Origin: an uncultured Desulfobacter sp.
GTDB lineage: Bacteria > Desulfobacterota > Desulfobacteria > Desulfobacterales > Desulfobacteraceae
DNA: 64,000 nucleotides
Reading direction: 5' to 3'
NCBI RefSeq assembly: GCF_963665355.2
Contig: NZ_OY762228.2
Span: forward strand, 1,546,120 to 1,610,119
Shown: positions 54,478 to 64,000 of the stretch, piece after piece
How the letters are laid out: each line of letters starts with the position of its first letter
How positions within the stretch are numbered: the stretch's first letter is position 1
Position numbers and translations under genes: made by a program
The notes under the pieces: model-generated
The model's database searches: none
Seen by the model: only the letters and a program-made list of their open reading frames with translations
What the model was told of the DNA's origin: nothing

Positions 54478-55845
54478 TTAGACCTGATTCTGTTGGGGGC
54501 CAGCCGGTGTGCCCTTGGTTTCCAGCGCTCTTTTCAGGCCGGCTACACTGGTCCGCATATCCATTTTTTGGCCAACATTCTGGCGCAGCAGTCTGTTGAT
54601 GCCGGGCATCAGTTTTCTGGCCTGGTCCACATCAGGATCTGATCCGGCCACATAAGCCCCGATGGTGATCATGTCCTCGGCATTCCGATATGCAGCCATG
54701 ATATTGATGGCTTTGTCCCGCAGGGCCATGTGGTCGGGTGTGCTGACATCCCTCATAACCCTGGAAACACTGGCCATGACATCAATGGCCGGGTAATGTC
54801 CGCGGTTGGCAAGGTTTCTGGACAGAACAATATGTCCGTCAGTTATGGAGCGAACCGTATCCCCCACCGGATCATTCATGTCGTCGCCTTCCACCAGAAC
54901 CGTGTAAATTCCTGTTATTGAACCGCCGCTTTCAAGGATTCCGGGTCGTTCAAGGAGGATAGGGATCTGGACAAAAAATGAGGGCGTATAGCCCCGGGTG
55001 GTGGGCGGTTCACCGGCAGCCAGGCCCACATCCCTGGAAGACATGGCAAACCGGGTAATGGAGTCGAGCATGAGCAGCACATCCTTGCCCTGGTCCCTGA
55101 AGTACTCGGCAATGGTGGTGGCCAGATACGCGCCCCGCATACGGGTCAAGGGCGGGGAATCCGATGTGGCCGCCACCACGACGGCCCGTTTGAGCCCCTC
55201 TTCTCCCAGGGTCTCCTCCACAAAATCCTTAACTTCCCGGCCCCGTTCCCCAATGAGCCCGATGACCACCACCTCCGCAGAGGTATGTTTGGTCATCATG
55301 CCCATGAGCACACTTTTTCCCACGCCGGATCCGGCCATGATGGCCACACGCTGTCCCCGGCCCAGGGTAATCATGGAATTAATGGCCCCGATGCCCACAT
55401 CCAGGGGCTCTTTGATCATTTTGCGCTGCAGTGGCCCCAGGGGTTTTCCGTACAGATAATAGGAGGTTGAACCCACAATCGGCCCCTTATTATCAATGGG
55501 TGTTCCCATGCCGTCCACTACGCGTCCCAGCATGTCATCTCCCACCGGTACCATGGGGGACGAGGAAACCGGTACAATGCGGCTTCCCATGCTGATGCCC
55601 CGGATGTCACCAAAGGGCATGAACAGCGCTTTTTCCCTCTTGAATCCCACCACTTCAGCCATTACGGACAACCCATGGTCATTTATGATGCGGCACACGC
55701 CACCCACACCAAGGCCCAGACTGTCCCCTTCGGCAATCAGTCCGATCACCTGGGACACCCGGCCCACAGGCGTTACGGTCCGGACATTCTCCACAGCCCT
55801 GGCATAGGCGCTGAAATCCACTTTTTCAAAAAGATCATTCATCAT
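54478..55845 (-). CDS. fliI: Flagellum-specific ATP synthase
   Basis: Walker A GSGVGKSVL, F1-ATPase-like fold motifs, and its position in the operon. Confidence 0.95.
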   Translation of the reverse strand: MMNDLFEKVDFSAYARAVENVRTVTPVGRVSQVIGLIAEGDSLGLGVGGVCRIINDHGLSVMAEVVGFKREKALFMPFGDIRGISMGSRIVPVSSSPMVPVGDDMLGRVVDGMGTPIDNKGPIVGSTSYYLYGKPLGPLQRKMIKEPLDVGIGAINSMITLGRGQRVAIMAGSGVGKSVLMGMMTKHTSAEVVVIGLIGERGREVKDFVEETLGEEGLKRAVVVAATSDSPPLTRMRGAYLATTIAEYFRDQGKDVLLMLDSITRFAMSSRDVGLAAGEPPTTRGYTPSFFVQIPILLERPGILESGGSITGIYTVLVEGDDMNDPVGDTVRSITDGHIVLSRNLANRGHYPAIDVMASVSRVMRDVSTPDHMALRDKAINIMAAYRNAEDMITIGAYVAGSDPDVDQARKLMPGINRLLRQNVGQKMDMRTSVAGLKRALETKGTPAGPQQNQV

Positions 55846-56867
55846 ATTTTAGATCGACTCCCCACCTTGGCAATGGCCTCGTAAACGGCCTGGAGTTTGG
55901 ATTCAGGATCCGTGGCAATGGTGGCACCGGCACTTTCAATGCGGCACCCCCCCCTGGGAATCATGGCGTCCGAATTCACCGTGATATGGACCAGGGAACG
56001 CACCGCCTCAAAAAAGCTCTCCTTAACCATCTCCACATATTCATAATCCTCTGCAGCCACGCTCAGGGTAATTTCTTCAGGTGCGGCAAGCTGGGATAAA
56101 GCGTCCAGGATTGTGTTCTTGACCACGGCATCATCTGAGTCAATCTTGGCCATCACCACTTTCCCGGCGATCTTACAGACGAGATCAACCAGCTGGGTCT
56201 CATATCGGGCCAGCATGTTGTCCAGCATTTTGTCTGCGGTTTCAAGGGCTTGCCGAAAAGGATTCAGGACGGCCTCCATTTCCCGGACAATCTCCTGTTT
56301 TCCGGCATCTCGCCCCTCTTCCTGGCCCTTTTCAAAACCTTGGGCCTCACCTTTGGCAAACCCGTCGGCCTCCCCCTGTTTGAATCCCTCTTCCCGGCCT
56401 TTTTTCAACCCCTCTTCATGTCCCCTGGTATGACCATCGGCCTGCCCTTTCTCAAGTCCCTGGACCATACCCTTTTCATAGCCTTTGGCAAATCCCAGTT
56501 CTTCCGGGGTAGGTTGTTCTTCCGGCTCATCCTCGTTCTGGGCTTCCTGCGCAGGATCGGACGATTCCTGTTTTGCATCGGGTTTATCCGCAACCACATC
56601 CGCCCCCTGGATCAAAGGCTCAAATAACTCCTCTTTGATTCGTTTGGTCACTTTAATCAGGGCCTCAAATTCACCTTCTTCCTTTTGAAACTCCAAAGGA
56701 TCAATCAAAAGCTTGAACCGGTCAAAATCAGGCTGGGTATCGGGCCCCTTAAGTGAGACCTCTTTATCAAAAGCGTCAAGGGCTCCCACGTCGATGGCCT
56801 GGAATTCATCCTCCTGTGGTAGTGGCCGGCCCTTTTTATGCTTTTTTTGATCAGACAAGGACATCAT
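55842..56867 (-). CDS. fliH: Flagellar assembly protein FliH
   Basis: The Gly-repeat region (GYEKGMVQGLEKGQADGHTRGHEEGLKKGREEGFKQGEADGFAKGEAQGFEKG) and C-terminal FliH domain overlap the fliI start. Confidence 0.85.
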   Translation of the reverse strand: MMSLSDQKKHKKGRPLPQEDEFQAIDVGALDAFDKEVSLKGPDTQPDFDRFKLLIDPLEFQKEEGEFEALIKVTKRIKEELFEPLIQGADVVADKPDAKQESSDPAQEAQNEDEPEEQPTPEELGFAKGYEKGMVQGLEKGQADGHTRGHEEGLKKGREEGFKQGEADGFAKGEAQGFEKGQEEGRDAGKQEIVREMEAVLNPFRQALETADKMLDNMLARYETQLVDLVCKIAGKVVMAKIDSDDAVVKNTILDALSQLAAPEEITLSVAAEDYEYVEMVKESFFEAVRSLVHITVNSDAMIPRGGCRIESAGATIATDPESKLQAVYEAIAKVGSRSKI

Positions 56868-57864
56868 CTTTTCCTTTACCCAGGGTTATGGTGCCGTCGG
56901 CCTCAAGCTCTTTGGCTGCTCTGACCACGGCTTGCTGGGCTTCTTCAACCTCTGCCAGGCGGACAGGCCCCATGGCATCCAGGTCGTCTTTAAGCATTTC
57001 ACCTGCCCTCTGGGACAGGTTAGCAAAAATTTTGGCCTTCATATCTTCAGTGGCGGTTTTCAATGCGTAGGTGAGCTGCTGGCCCTCAACCTTCTTGAGG
57101 ATCTCTCTCATGGCATTATCATCCACGCTGGTCAGATCCTCGAATACAAACATGAGTTTGCGGATTTCATTGGCCATTTCCGCATCATCTTCCTCAACAT
57201 ATTCCATAACAGCATCTTCGGTGGATTTGTCCACACCATTGATGATCTCCACCAGGACTTCGATACCACCGGCCTTGCCTCCGGGGCCCACCGCGCCACT
57301 GAGTTCGTATTTCAGCGCCCTGTCCACATCCCGGACAACATCTTCGGAAATCTGTCCTAGCCGGGCGATTCTCATGGCAATATCCCCTTTGAGTTCATCG
57401 GCCAGGTTCATCATAATTTCCGAAGCAATTTCGCTGGGCATATGCGCCAGGATCATGGCTATGGTCTGGGGATGTTCTCCTTCTATATATGTCGACAAGG
57501 TGCCTGTATTCACATTCCGGCTCCATATAAACGGTTTGGCCTGTTTCTTTTTTTCCAGATCGTCCAGAATCGCTTTGGCTTCACTGCCTTTCAACGTTTT
57601 GTTGACCACGTTTTTAATAAAGGAGTCTCCCTCAACAACTATTTTGGATTCACCCTCATATCTAACATTGAAATCAGCGCATACAATTTTAAGCAGATCT
57701 GCTGTAATCTGATCGACCTTGGACATTTCAAAGGCAATTTCCGCAATCTCCTGTTCTTTCATTTTTGAGAACACCTGGGTTGTATATTCTTCTCCCATGT
57801 AAATAAGAAATATAGCGGCCTTTTGATAACCATTCAGATTTTCCGGATCAATTGCTTTTGGCAT
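56851..57864 (-). CDS. fliG: Flagellar motor switch protein FliG
   Basis: …GYQKAAIFLIYMGEE… and a full-length 337 aa with the C-terminal torque-helix region. Confidence 0.95.
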   Translation of the reverse strand: MPKAIDPENLNGYQKAAIFLIYMGEEYTTQVFSKMKEQEIAEIAFEMSKVDQITADLLKIVCADFNVRYEGESKIVVEGDSFIKNVVNKTLKGSEAKAILDDLEKKKQAKPFIWSRNVNTGTLSTYIEGEHPQTIAMILAHMPSEIASEIMMNLADELKGDIAMRIARLGQISEDVVRDVDRALKYELSGAVGPGGKAGGIEVLVEIINGVDKSTEDAVMEYVEEDDAEMANEIRKLMFVFEDLTSVDDNAMREILKKVEGQQLTYALKTATEDMKAKIFANLSQRAGEMLKDDLDAMGPVRLAEVEEAQQAVVRAAKELEADGTITLGKGKDDVLV

Positions 57865-57868
57865 AAAA

Positions 57869-59590
57869 TTATTCCTCCCCTTGATCTTCGTCTTCTACTT
57901 CAGCGAGCCATCCCTTGATGATATTTATGGATTTCACCAGGTCTTTTTGTGCATAATACCGGGCCTTTTCCTGCTCCGTCATATTGGCCAGGTATGCGTT
58001 GCGCTCGGCTCTGTTCATTTTTGAAATGAACTCTTCCTTCTGCTCATCGGTCATCAGCTCAAAGAATTCGCGCTGCTGATCGGCATTCATCTCAATAAAG
58101 GTAGGTTCCTTTGCCTCGGTCTCAAGCAGGGCAACCTCTTCCGGTGAAGGCAGGGCTTCCTGTTCCACGGTCACCTTGATGTCGCGAACGGTTTTAATGA
58201 TCGGCCGGATGATGAACAGGAACAATACAAACACCAGCAGTAAATTGGCAATGAGACGCCCGTATTCCTTCTGGACCATGCGCCAGCCCGTAAGTTTATC
58301 CTGTGTTCCCTGCATATCACCGATGGAGACAAAGGGAAAGCACTCCATGGAAACCTGGTCGTTGCGTTCCTCATTATATCCCATGGCCTTGGTTACAATG
58401 CTTTGAAACTGCTGCATCTCTTGGGTGGACCTGGGCATATAGACCCGTTTCATCTCCCCATTGTCGTCTTTTTGAAACTCATATTTGCCGTCAATCACAG
58501 CCGCCACTGAAAGCCTTGTGAGCTCAGCCATGGGTTTCTGGGTCTCCCTGACCCGCCGGCTGATTTCGTAATTGACCGTATCATCACTTTTATTGACCTT
58601 TTCCCGATTTTTATCGCCGGTCTGATTTTCATCAGTGATGGGGTTGACAGATGACGGGATGCCGATCTGTTCATCAAGTTGTACAACTTTTTCAGCTCTG
58701 TTTTTCCGGCTGCGTATGAATTCCCCGCCCCGCTCAAAGGGATCATAAATTTCTTCATTCATGCTGTTTTTGGAAAAATCCATTTCCGAATTAACCCGGA
58801 CAATGGCTTTATCCGTTCCCACGATGCGCTCAAGCATGGTCTGAATTCTGCGCGTCAGATTCTCTTCAAACCGAACCTTATACTGATACTGGGCATCTGC
58901 AAGGCTCTCTGCGTCAATCCGGGCCTGTTCTTCTTCGGATTTTCCCTCAAAAAGAATTCGGCCGGCAGTATCCACGATGGTGACAAGCTTGGGGGTCAGA
59001 TCCTGGACGGAAGAGGCCACCAGATGTGCAATGGCGGCCACTTCTTCTTTCTTGAGATCTGCGACCAGTTCCAGCAAAATGGATGCCGAAGGCTGTTTGG
59101 TTTCCTCTACGAAAACAGATTCCTTGGGCAACACAATCATGACCTTGGCATCCTTGACAGCCTCAAATGCGGCAATGGTACGTGCCAGCTCGCCCTGGAG
59201 CGCCCGTTTCTTATTGATTTTCTGAACAAATTCGGTGGTCCCGAATTCGGTTTTATCAAAAATTTCGTACCCCACCCCGGAGCCTTTGGGAATACCTTCC
59301 TTGGCCATGGTCAACCGAACATCATACACCATGGCCTCCGGTACAAGAATGGTGGTTCCGTCACCGGTCAGGCGATAGGGCGTCTTGGAAGATTTTAACA
59401 TTTCAACCACAGCGGCGGCGTCTTCCTGGCTCAAACTGGAATATGCGGCTTTATATGTTGCTCTGTTGGCCCATACAAACATGGTGATAAACCCTGCCAC
59501 CACAACCAGAACCAGTCCGCCCAGGAGGGCTTTCCGGACCATGCTCATCTCTTTGACCATGGTAATTATTTTTTCAATTACGGGATTCAT
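57869..59590 (-). CDS. fliF: Flagellar M-ring protein FliF
   Basis: 573 aa with two TM helices and the conserved periplasmic ring domains. Confidence 0.95.
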   Translation of the reverse strand: MNPVIEKIITMVKEMSMVRKALLGGLVLVVVAGFITMFVWANRATYKAAYSSLSQEDAAAVVEMLKSSKTPYRLTGDGTTILVPEAMVYDVRLTMAKEGIPKGSGVGYEIFDKTEFGTTEFVQKINKKRALQGELARTIAAFEAVKDAKVMIVLPKESVFVEETKQPSASILLELVADLKKEEVAAIAHLVASSVQDLTPKLVTIVDTAGRILFEGKSEEEQARIDAESLADAQYQYKVRFEENLTRRIQTMLERIVGTDKAIVRVNSEMDFSKNSMNEEIYDPFERGGEFIRSRKNRAEKVVQLDEQIGIPSSVNPITDENQTGDKNREKVNKSDDTVNYEISRRVRETQKPMAELTRLSVAAVIDGKYEFQKDDNGEMKRVYMPRSTQEMQQFQSIVTKAMGYNEERNDQVSMECFPFVSIGDMQGTQDKLTGWRMVQKEYGRLIANLLLVFVLFLFIIRPIIKTVRDIKVTVEQEALPSPEEVALLETEAKEPTFIEMNADQQREFFELMTDEQKEEFISKMNRAERNAYLANMTEQEKARYYAQKDLVKSINIIKGWLAEVEDEDQGEE

Positions 59591-59644
59591 TTAGACGGCT
59601 CCTGTATGCCTTACGTGTAGATAAACCAGGTCGGCCCATGACTA

Positions 59645-59941
59645 TTATATCTGCATACGCATGATTTCGTCGTAGGCACTCATGGCCTTGTTGCGGACCT
59701 GTGCCAGTACTTTAAGGGAGGTGGAGGCACGGCTTAACGCCATCATGCCTTCATGGATACCAAGCTTGCCTTCAATGACAGACTCAACAGAATCATCTGC
59801 CACATGCTGATCTTTATTCACATCAAGAATCGCTGATTCCAGACGTTCCATGAATGCGGGACTCCGCTTGGCCGCCCGGTCTGCCATAGATTCTCTGTAC
59901 AGGGACAGTTTGCCCGGAATTTGTGTATCTATCTTATCCAT
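59645..59941 (-). CDS. fliE: Flagellar hook-basal body complex protein FliE
   Basis: 98 aa with a conserved C-terminus (…VRNKAMSAYDEIMRMQI). Confidence 0.9.
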   Translation of the reverse strand: MDKIDTQIPGKLSLYRESMADRAAKRSPAFMERLESAILDVNKDQHVADDSVESVIEGKLGIHEGMMALSRASTSLKVLAQVRNKAMSAYDEIMRMQI

Positions 59942-59964
59942 TTATTCAATCCTTTCCCTAAAAA

Positions 59965-60462
59965 TTACCTGCCTATCTCAAGGGCTTTGGCGACCATGTC
60001 CTTTGTGGTGGAAAGTGCCGTAACACTTGCCTCATAGCTTCGACGGGCCACCATCATGTCTGAGATTTCCGTTAAATGGTCCACGTTGGGCATCTTCACA
60101 TACCCAGTGTCCGGATCTGCATCGGGATGGGCGGGGTTATACACCAGATGAAAATCCTCCTGGGATCTGACAATCTGATCCACCCTGACACCGGTGCCGT
60201 TATCCGGTTTTTTTTCGTCTTCAAACTCAATGGCAGACAATTCAATCTGACCGGACTGCTCTTTTCTGATTTTTTGCTGCACCACAGTTTCGAAGGAGTC
60301 AATATTATCGCCTTTAAACACCACCATTTTTCTGCGATAGGGTCCGCCGTCCTCACTTCTGGTGGTATCCACGTTGGCCAGGTTTTCAGCAATGACATTG
60401 AGTTTCATACGATGGGCTGCAAGGGCCGTCCCACTTATTTTTGCCGCATTCATTAAATCCAT
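59965..60462 (-). CDS. flgC: Flagellar basal-body rod protein FlgC
   Basis: …VIAENLANVDTTR… N-terminal rod motif and …RSYEASVTALSTTKDM… at the C-terminus. Confidence 0.95.
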   Translation of the reverse strand: MDLMNAAKISGTALAAHRMKLNVIAENLANVDTTRSEDGGPYRRKMVVFKGDNIDSFETVVQQKIRKEQSGQIELSAIEFEDEKKPDNGTGVRVDQIVRSQEDFHLVYNPAHPDADPDTGYVKMPNVDHLTEISDMMVARRSYEASVTALSTTKDMVAKALEIGR

Positions 60463-60465
60463 GGG

Positions 60466-60891
60466 TTATTTACCTCCCTCTTCAATGGCATAGTTGAGTA
60501 TGGTCATTTTACGCAGCAGCATCTCGGCCGTGGATTTGAATTTTACGTTATTTTCCATCAGATTCATCATTTCCGTATCAATGTTCACCGAATCCAGGTG
60601 ATAGATATCCACGTCTTCGCTCTCCATGCCGTTGATCTGACCGGAATTTCCTTCAATATTGCCGGCCAGATGTTTTGTATTGGTTTTGTCCAGGTAGTCT
60701 GGTTCAGGTTGGGTCATGGCCCGTTTGAGTGCGCTTTGAAAATCTATATCGCTGGGGGTATACCCGATGGTATCCATATTGGCGATATTGCCTGCGATCA
60801 GGTTATGGCGCCGGGTCGAGATGTCCATACTTTTTCCCATCATCTCGTAAGTGTGCCCGAAAATTCTTGAATCGGCCATTTTGATCTCCAT
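60466..60891 (-). CDS. flgB: Flagellar basal-body rod protein FlgB
   Basis: …LIAGNIANMDTIGYTP… rod motif. An alternative start lies at ATG 60879. Confidence 0.9.
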   Translation of the reverse strand: MEIKMADSRIFGHTYEMMGKSMDISTRRHNLIAGNIANMDTIGYTPSDIDFQSALKRAMTQPEPDYLDKTNTKHLAGNIEGNSGQINGMESEDVDIYHLDSVNIDTEMMNLMENNVKFKSTAEMLLRKMTILNYAIEEGGK

Positions 60892-60955
60892 TCATGTGAA
60901 AATTTATTAAATGTCCCGGTAACAACGGCAGAATATCAACACCGTAAACAAAATT

Positions 60956-60971
60956 AGCAAATTACATGCCT
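60956..60971 (-). promoter_or_regulatory. Sigma-54 (-24/-12) promoter of the flgB operon
   Basis: The minus strand reads AGGCATGTAATTTGCT against the consensus TGGCACG-N4-TTGCW, with correct GG-N10-GC spacing. Lies about 66 nt upstream of the flgB ATG and just downstream of a sigma-54 activator gene. Confidence 0.7.
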
Positions 60972-61002
60972 AAAATGAAAGCAGCAGGAATAATCAGAAA
61001 GG

Positions 61003-62364
61003 TTATTTGTATTCGTTGAGTTTATTTCGAAGGGTTCTGACACTGATTCCAAGGATTTTTGCCGCATGGGTCCGGTTCCCCTCGGTCTGATCCAGTGCCC
61101 GGAAAATCATTTTATGCTCCATCTCTTTGAGGGATCCCGCAGTGAAGTCCTCGTCCCCCAAGGACTCTGCTCCTGTCTCATCAAGAAGGGCAGGTGGTGC
61201 GTCATCGTCCATGAGCAGATCAGACGGGGTGATCATTTCGGTTTCAGCAAGAAGCACAGCGCGATGAATAATATTTTCAAGTTCCCGGACATTGCCTGGA
61301 AAAGCGTGATTGTGCAGGACCGCAAGGGCCTGGTCTGTCAATCCTTTGACAGACCTTGCGTCAATCCTGCAGTATTTTTGTATAAAAAAATCACTTAAAA
61401 GCCGGATGTCTCTAATACGCTCCCGCAACGGCGGGATGATAAGTGGAATTGTGTTGAGACGGTAAAACAGATCTTCCCGGAATTCCTGGTTCTCCACGGC
61501 AGCCTTGGCATCCCTATTTGTGGTGGCGATCACCCGGACATCCACATCAACGGGCTGGGTTCCTCCCACCCGGTCCACCACCTTTTCCTGGAGCACCCGC
61601 AGCAGTTTTGATTGCAGATGAAACTGCATTTCCGTGATTTCGTCCAGAAACAGGGTTCCCTTATCAGCCAGTTCAAACTTCCCGGCTTTTTTTGCCAATG
61701 CACCGGTAAACGCGCCTTTTTCATGACCGAACAGTTCGCTTTCCAGAAGGTTTTCCGGCAGGGCCGCACAATTTATGGCGATAAACGGCTGATTGTGACG
61801 CGCGCTTTTTTCATGCAGAAATCTTGCAAACAGCTCCTTGCCGGTGCCGCTTTCGCCCTGGATAAGCACCGATGCCGACGAATCCGCCACCCGGGCAGCA
61901 AGTTTGAGCAGATTGTGCATTTTCGGATCCTTGGTAATGATACTAACCGCTTTATGCGTAACTGATTTTTCCTTTTCTGCCGACGGGGCTGAAAGGGTAG
62001 CGGCCAAAGATTTTTTAACGCTGAGTTCAAGCTGTCTGGAGTCAACCGGTTTGATCAGATAATCCATGGCACCGTGCTGTATCAGGCTGACGGCATAGTC
62101 CATCACAGGCTCCGAGGTGAGGATAATGGTCTTTGGCAGCACTGTATCGGCATCAGCCGCCTGTTTAAGGAAATCCAGAGCAGAAAATCCCGGTGTGCCG
62201 TCATCGGCCACAACAACCTGAGGTTTTTGGGAACGCAGGTAACCAAGCGCACCTGAACCTTCGGGCACGGCATCAACCATAAAACCCATTCCTTCGAACA
62301 GGCTGGTATAGGTCATTCGTTCTTTGGGGTTTTCAACTATGAGAAATAATCTTTGTCCAGGCAC
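61003..62364 (-). CDS. Sigma-54-dependent response regulator (FleR/FlrC/FlgR-like)
   Basis: Receiver domain, AAA+ domain (GESGTGKE, ESELFGHEKGAFTGA) and a C-terminal Fis-type HTH (AAKILGISVRTLRNKL). Confidence 0.9.
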   Translation of the reverse strand: MPGQRLFLIVENPKERMTYTSLFEGMGFMVDAVPEGSGALGYLRSQKPQVVVADDGTPGFSALDFLKQAADADTVLPKTIILTSEPVMDYAVSLIQHGAMDYLIKPVDSRQLELSVKKSLAATLSAPSAEKEKSVTHKAVSIITKDPKMHNLLKLAARVADSSASVLIQGESGTGKELFARFLHEKSARHNQPFIAINCAALPENLLESELFGHEKGAFTGALAKKAGKFELADKGTLFLDEITEMQFHLQSKLLRVLQEKVVDRVGGTQPVDVDVRVIATTNRDAKAAVENQEFREDLFYRLNTIPLIIPPLRERIRDIRLLSDFFIQKYCRIDARSVKGLTDQALAVLHNHAFPGNVRELENIIHRAVLLAETEMITPSDLLMDDDAPPALLDETGAESLGDEDFTAGSLKEMEHKMIFRALDQTEGNRTHAAKILGISVRTLRNKLNEYK

Positions 62365-62379
62365 GATGCCAAAGAATCC

Positions 62380-63996
62380 TTATGAATTTATCATTTTTTC
62401 CGTCAGCCCCATCGTGCTCAGCCTCTGCTGGGCAAGTCTGGCCCAAACAGAGTCGTAAGACTGCGCCACATGCTTAAATGTTTCTTTTGCCTTGTCCAGC
62501 GCGTTGCCTTTCTGGTAGGCATCCCCCAACAGAAAACCGATATTGGCTTTGGCCCGGTCACCATCTGAAAAATTAAGGGCCTTGGCAAAGGCATCGGCAG
62601 CCTGTCCATAGGCTTTCATTTCCAGGTAGGTTGAGCCCAACGTTTTATACGCATCTGCAAGTATCTCGTAGTTTTCGCCGGGAGCTGCGGCGAACGCCTT
62701 CACCGCGCGGGTCTGGAGTTCGGACGTTGTTTTCAGGTCTGTTTTTTTTTGGTAAACACCGGCACGAAGCATAAGTATCCGTCCCTTGCCCAGGGAGTCT
62801 TTACCCGCCTCATACGCCAGCACAAAATAATCATCAGCCTTGGAAAAACTGCCCTTTTCAAGAAAAATCTGTCCGATCCGAATCAGGGCTTCCACCCGGT
62901 TCGTATCTTTTGGGAACCTTTTGGTAAAGGCTTCTAACAGTTTTAACCCATCATCATCTCTGCCGGACTCATCCATGGCCTTGCCCAGGCCAAACAGAAG
63001 TAACGCCGGTCGCTCTTCTCTTCTATAAAGCTTGTAGGCAGAAATCAAATGATTAAATGCTTCCTCATACAGTCCGGCCTGTAAATATGCACTACCCACA
63101 TAAAAGGGAATAAGGCGGCCTCCTATTTTGCGCAGCTTGAACTGCTCTTTTTCATATCTCATCAATATAGAGGTATATTCATCGGCCTTCAACTGTTCTT
63201 TGAACAATGCTTCGTAGGCTTTCTGCATCAGCTTGACTGCTTCGTACCGCAACCCCCTGGGATGGGTGGACAACAAAGTCTCAATTTCCTGGATGCACTT
63301 ATCATACTCCCCGTTTTTCTGGTAGATTTCAGCCAGACGCATCATGGCAATCCGGGCATAGGTGTTGTCAGGGAACCGGGTTTTAATCATTTCGTAGATT
63401 TTGATTTTTTCATCATCGGTCTTTAAATACCTGGCAAGGCCAATGGAGGCATTTATATATCCCGGGGAGTCGGGATATTTTTCCCGGACCAATTCGTATA
63501 ATTTGATCGCCTTTTCTTCCTGATTTTCCATGCCGAAGGCGTCGCCGGCTTTGCTTAAAGCCATGTCCGGATCTTTGGTGTTGGGGAACAGATTCAGGAG
63601 GCGAATGTAATTTTCCCGGGCCTCTTTGCTCAAACCCAGTTCAAAATTGGCATCTGCCGTGTATTTAAGCAGGTCGGCAGATTCGTAAACTTTTTTTACA
63701 TCCTCTTTTATGACATAATTAAGGATGCTTAACGCGTCATAATACCGCATGTTTTCAAACAGGGCTTTACCATACCCTAACCCTGCATCCGGTATGTATG
63801 CGTTACTTATTTTTGACTCAAATACCTTTTTATACAGGTTCAAGGCCTTGTCATTGTACCCTCTGTCATTGTAAATCTCGGCCAGATGAAACTCCACTTC
63901 CGGCATACCGGAATAATCAGGAAAGTCCTTGCTGACAATATCAAAGTATCCTTCGGCTGTTGCGCTGTTGTTCAATCGGTAATGAATCAATCCCAT
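62380..63996 (-). CDS. TPR-repeat protein (possibly N-terminally incomplete at the window edge)
   Basis: Repeated 34-aa TPR-like units throughout (…A…Y…G…Y..A…F…). The frame remains open to position 64000. Confidence 0.7.
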   Translation of the reverse strand: MGLIHYRLNNSATAEGYFDIVSKDFPDYSGMPEVEFHLAEIYNDRGYNDKALNLYKKVFESKISNAYIPDAGLGYGKALFENMRYYDALSILNYVIKEDVKKVYESADLLKYTADANFELGLSKEARENYIRLLNLFPNTKDPDMALSKAGDAFGMENQEEKAIKLYELVREKYPDSPGYINASIGLARYLKTDDEKIKIYEMIKTRFPDNTYARIAMMRLAEIYQKNGEYDKCIQEIETLLSTHPRGLRYEAVKLMQKAYEALFKEQLKADEYTSILMRYEKEQFKLRKIGGRLIPFYVGSAYLQAGLYEEAFNHLISAYKLYRREERPALLLFGLGKAMDESGRDDDGLKLLEAFTKRFPKDTNRVEALIRIGQIFLEKGSFSKADDYFVLAYEAGKDSLGKGRILMLRAGVYQKKTDLKTTSELQTRAVKAFAAAPGENYEILADAYKTLGSTYLEMKAYGQAADAFAKALNFSDGDRAKANIGFLLGDAYQKGNALDKAKETFKHVAQSYDSVWARLAQQRLSTMGLTEKMINS

Positions 63997-64000
63997 GGCC

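Noticed and set aside
56250-56520. Repetitive DNA that might suggest a tandem repeat or CRISPR-like array
   Set aside because: It encodes the well-known Gly-x-x-x repeat region of FliH (GxxKGxxxG…). The periodicity is codon-level, with no spacer/repeat organisation.
50637-57712. Long alternative-strand ORFs inside yebC, radA, fliH and fliG (50637-51206, 51930-52616, 56113-56433, 57071-57712)
   Set aside because: They are shadows of well-supported minus-strand genes. They would break an otherwise contiguous, tightly coupled operon structure.

Overview
64 kb of chromosomal DNA with dense coding on both strands. By gene content it looks like a flagellated, anaerobic delta-proteobacterium-like organism (Desulfobacterales-like): many hybrid sensor kinases, two sigma-54 enhancer-binding proteins, a Tat-exported DUF362 protein, polyferredoxins. 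This taxonomic call is inference only.

Layout:
- 1-1.9 kb: a decayed mobile-element scar (integrase remnant, frameshifted ORF, HTH transposase-like fragment) abutting a 5'-truncated YeiH-family gene.
- 2.2-11.9 kb: di-haem cytochrome c peroxidase, a CHASE4-type kinase with a LuxR-type regulator, and a redox cluster (Tat-DUF362, membrane polyferredoxin, Fe-S aldo/keto reductase).
- 12-15.6 kb: an AT-rich patch holding a lone cbiF welded to an ABC-type ATPase plus a small PD-(D/E)xK-like gene.
- 15.8-20 kb: a hybrid kinase and an NtrC-type activator.
- 20.4-26.7 kb: a TonB-receptor/DUF4198 metal-uptake cluster and a GT-C-like plus GT2-GtrA glycosylation pair.
- 27.1-35.4 kb: an orphan 490-aa ORF, dksA, a PHP-domain::RNase III fusion, a radical SAM gene, another hybrid kinase and a serine protease.
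- 35.5-37.9 kb: typA and a glycine-zipper lipoprotein.
- 38.0-44.8 kb: a tight six-gene operon (membrane protein, TelA, DUF4178-like, lipoprotein, tandem DUF350, membrane-anchored spermidine-synthase-like). I consider this the best candidate for an uncharacterised system.
- 45.8-53.3 kb: an OmpA-like lipoprotein, queCED, mmuM, yebC, rlmE and radA.
- 53.4-64 kb: the flgBC-fliEFGHIJ-ylxF-like flagellar operon with a sigma-54 promoter, its bEBP and a TPR protein.

I found no rRNA, tRNA or CRISPR array. All domain calls come from reading motifs in the supplied translations. No searches were run.
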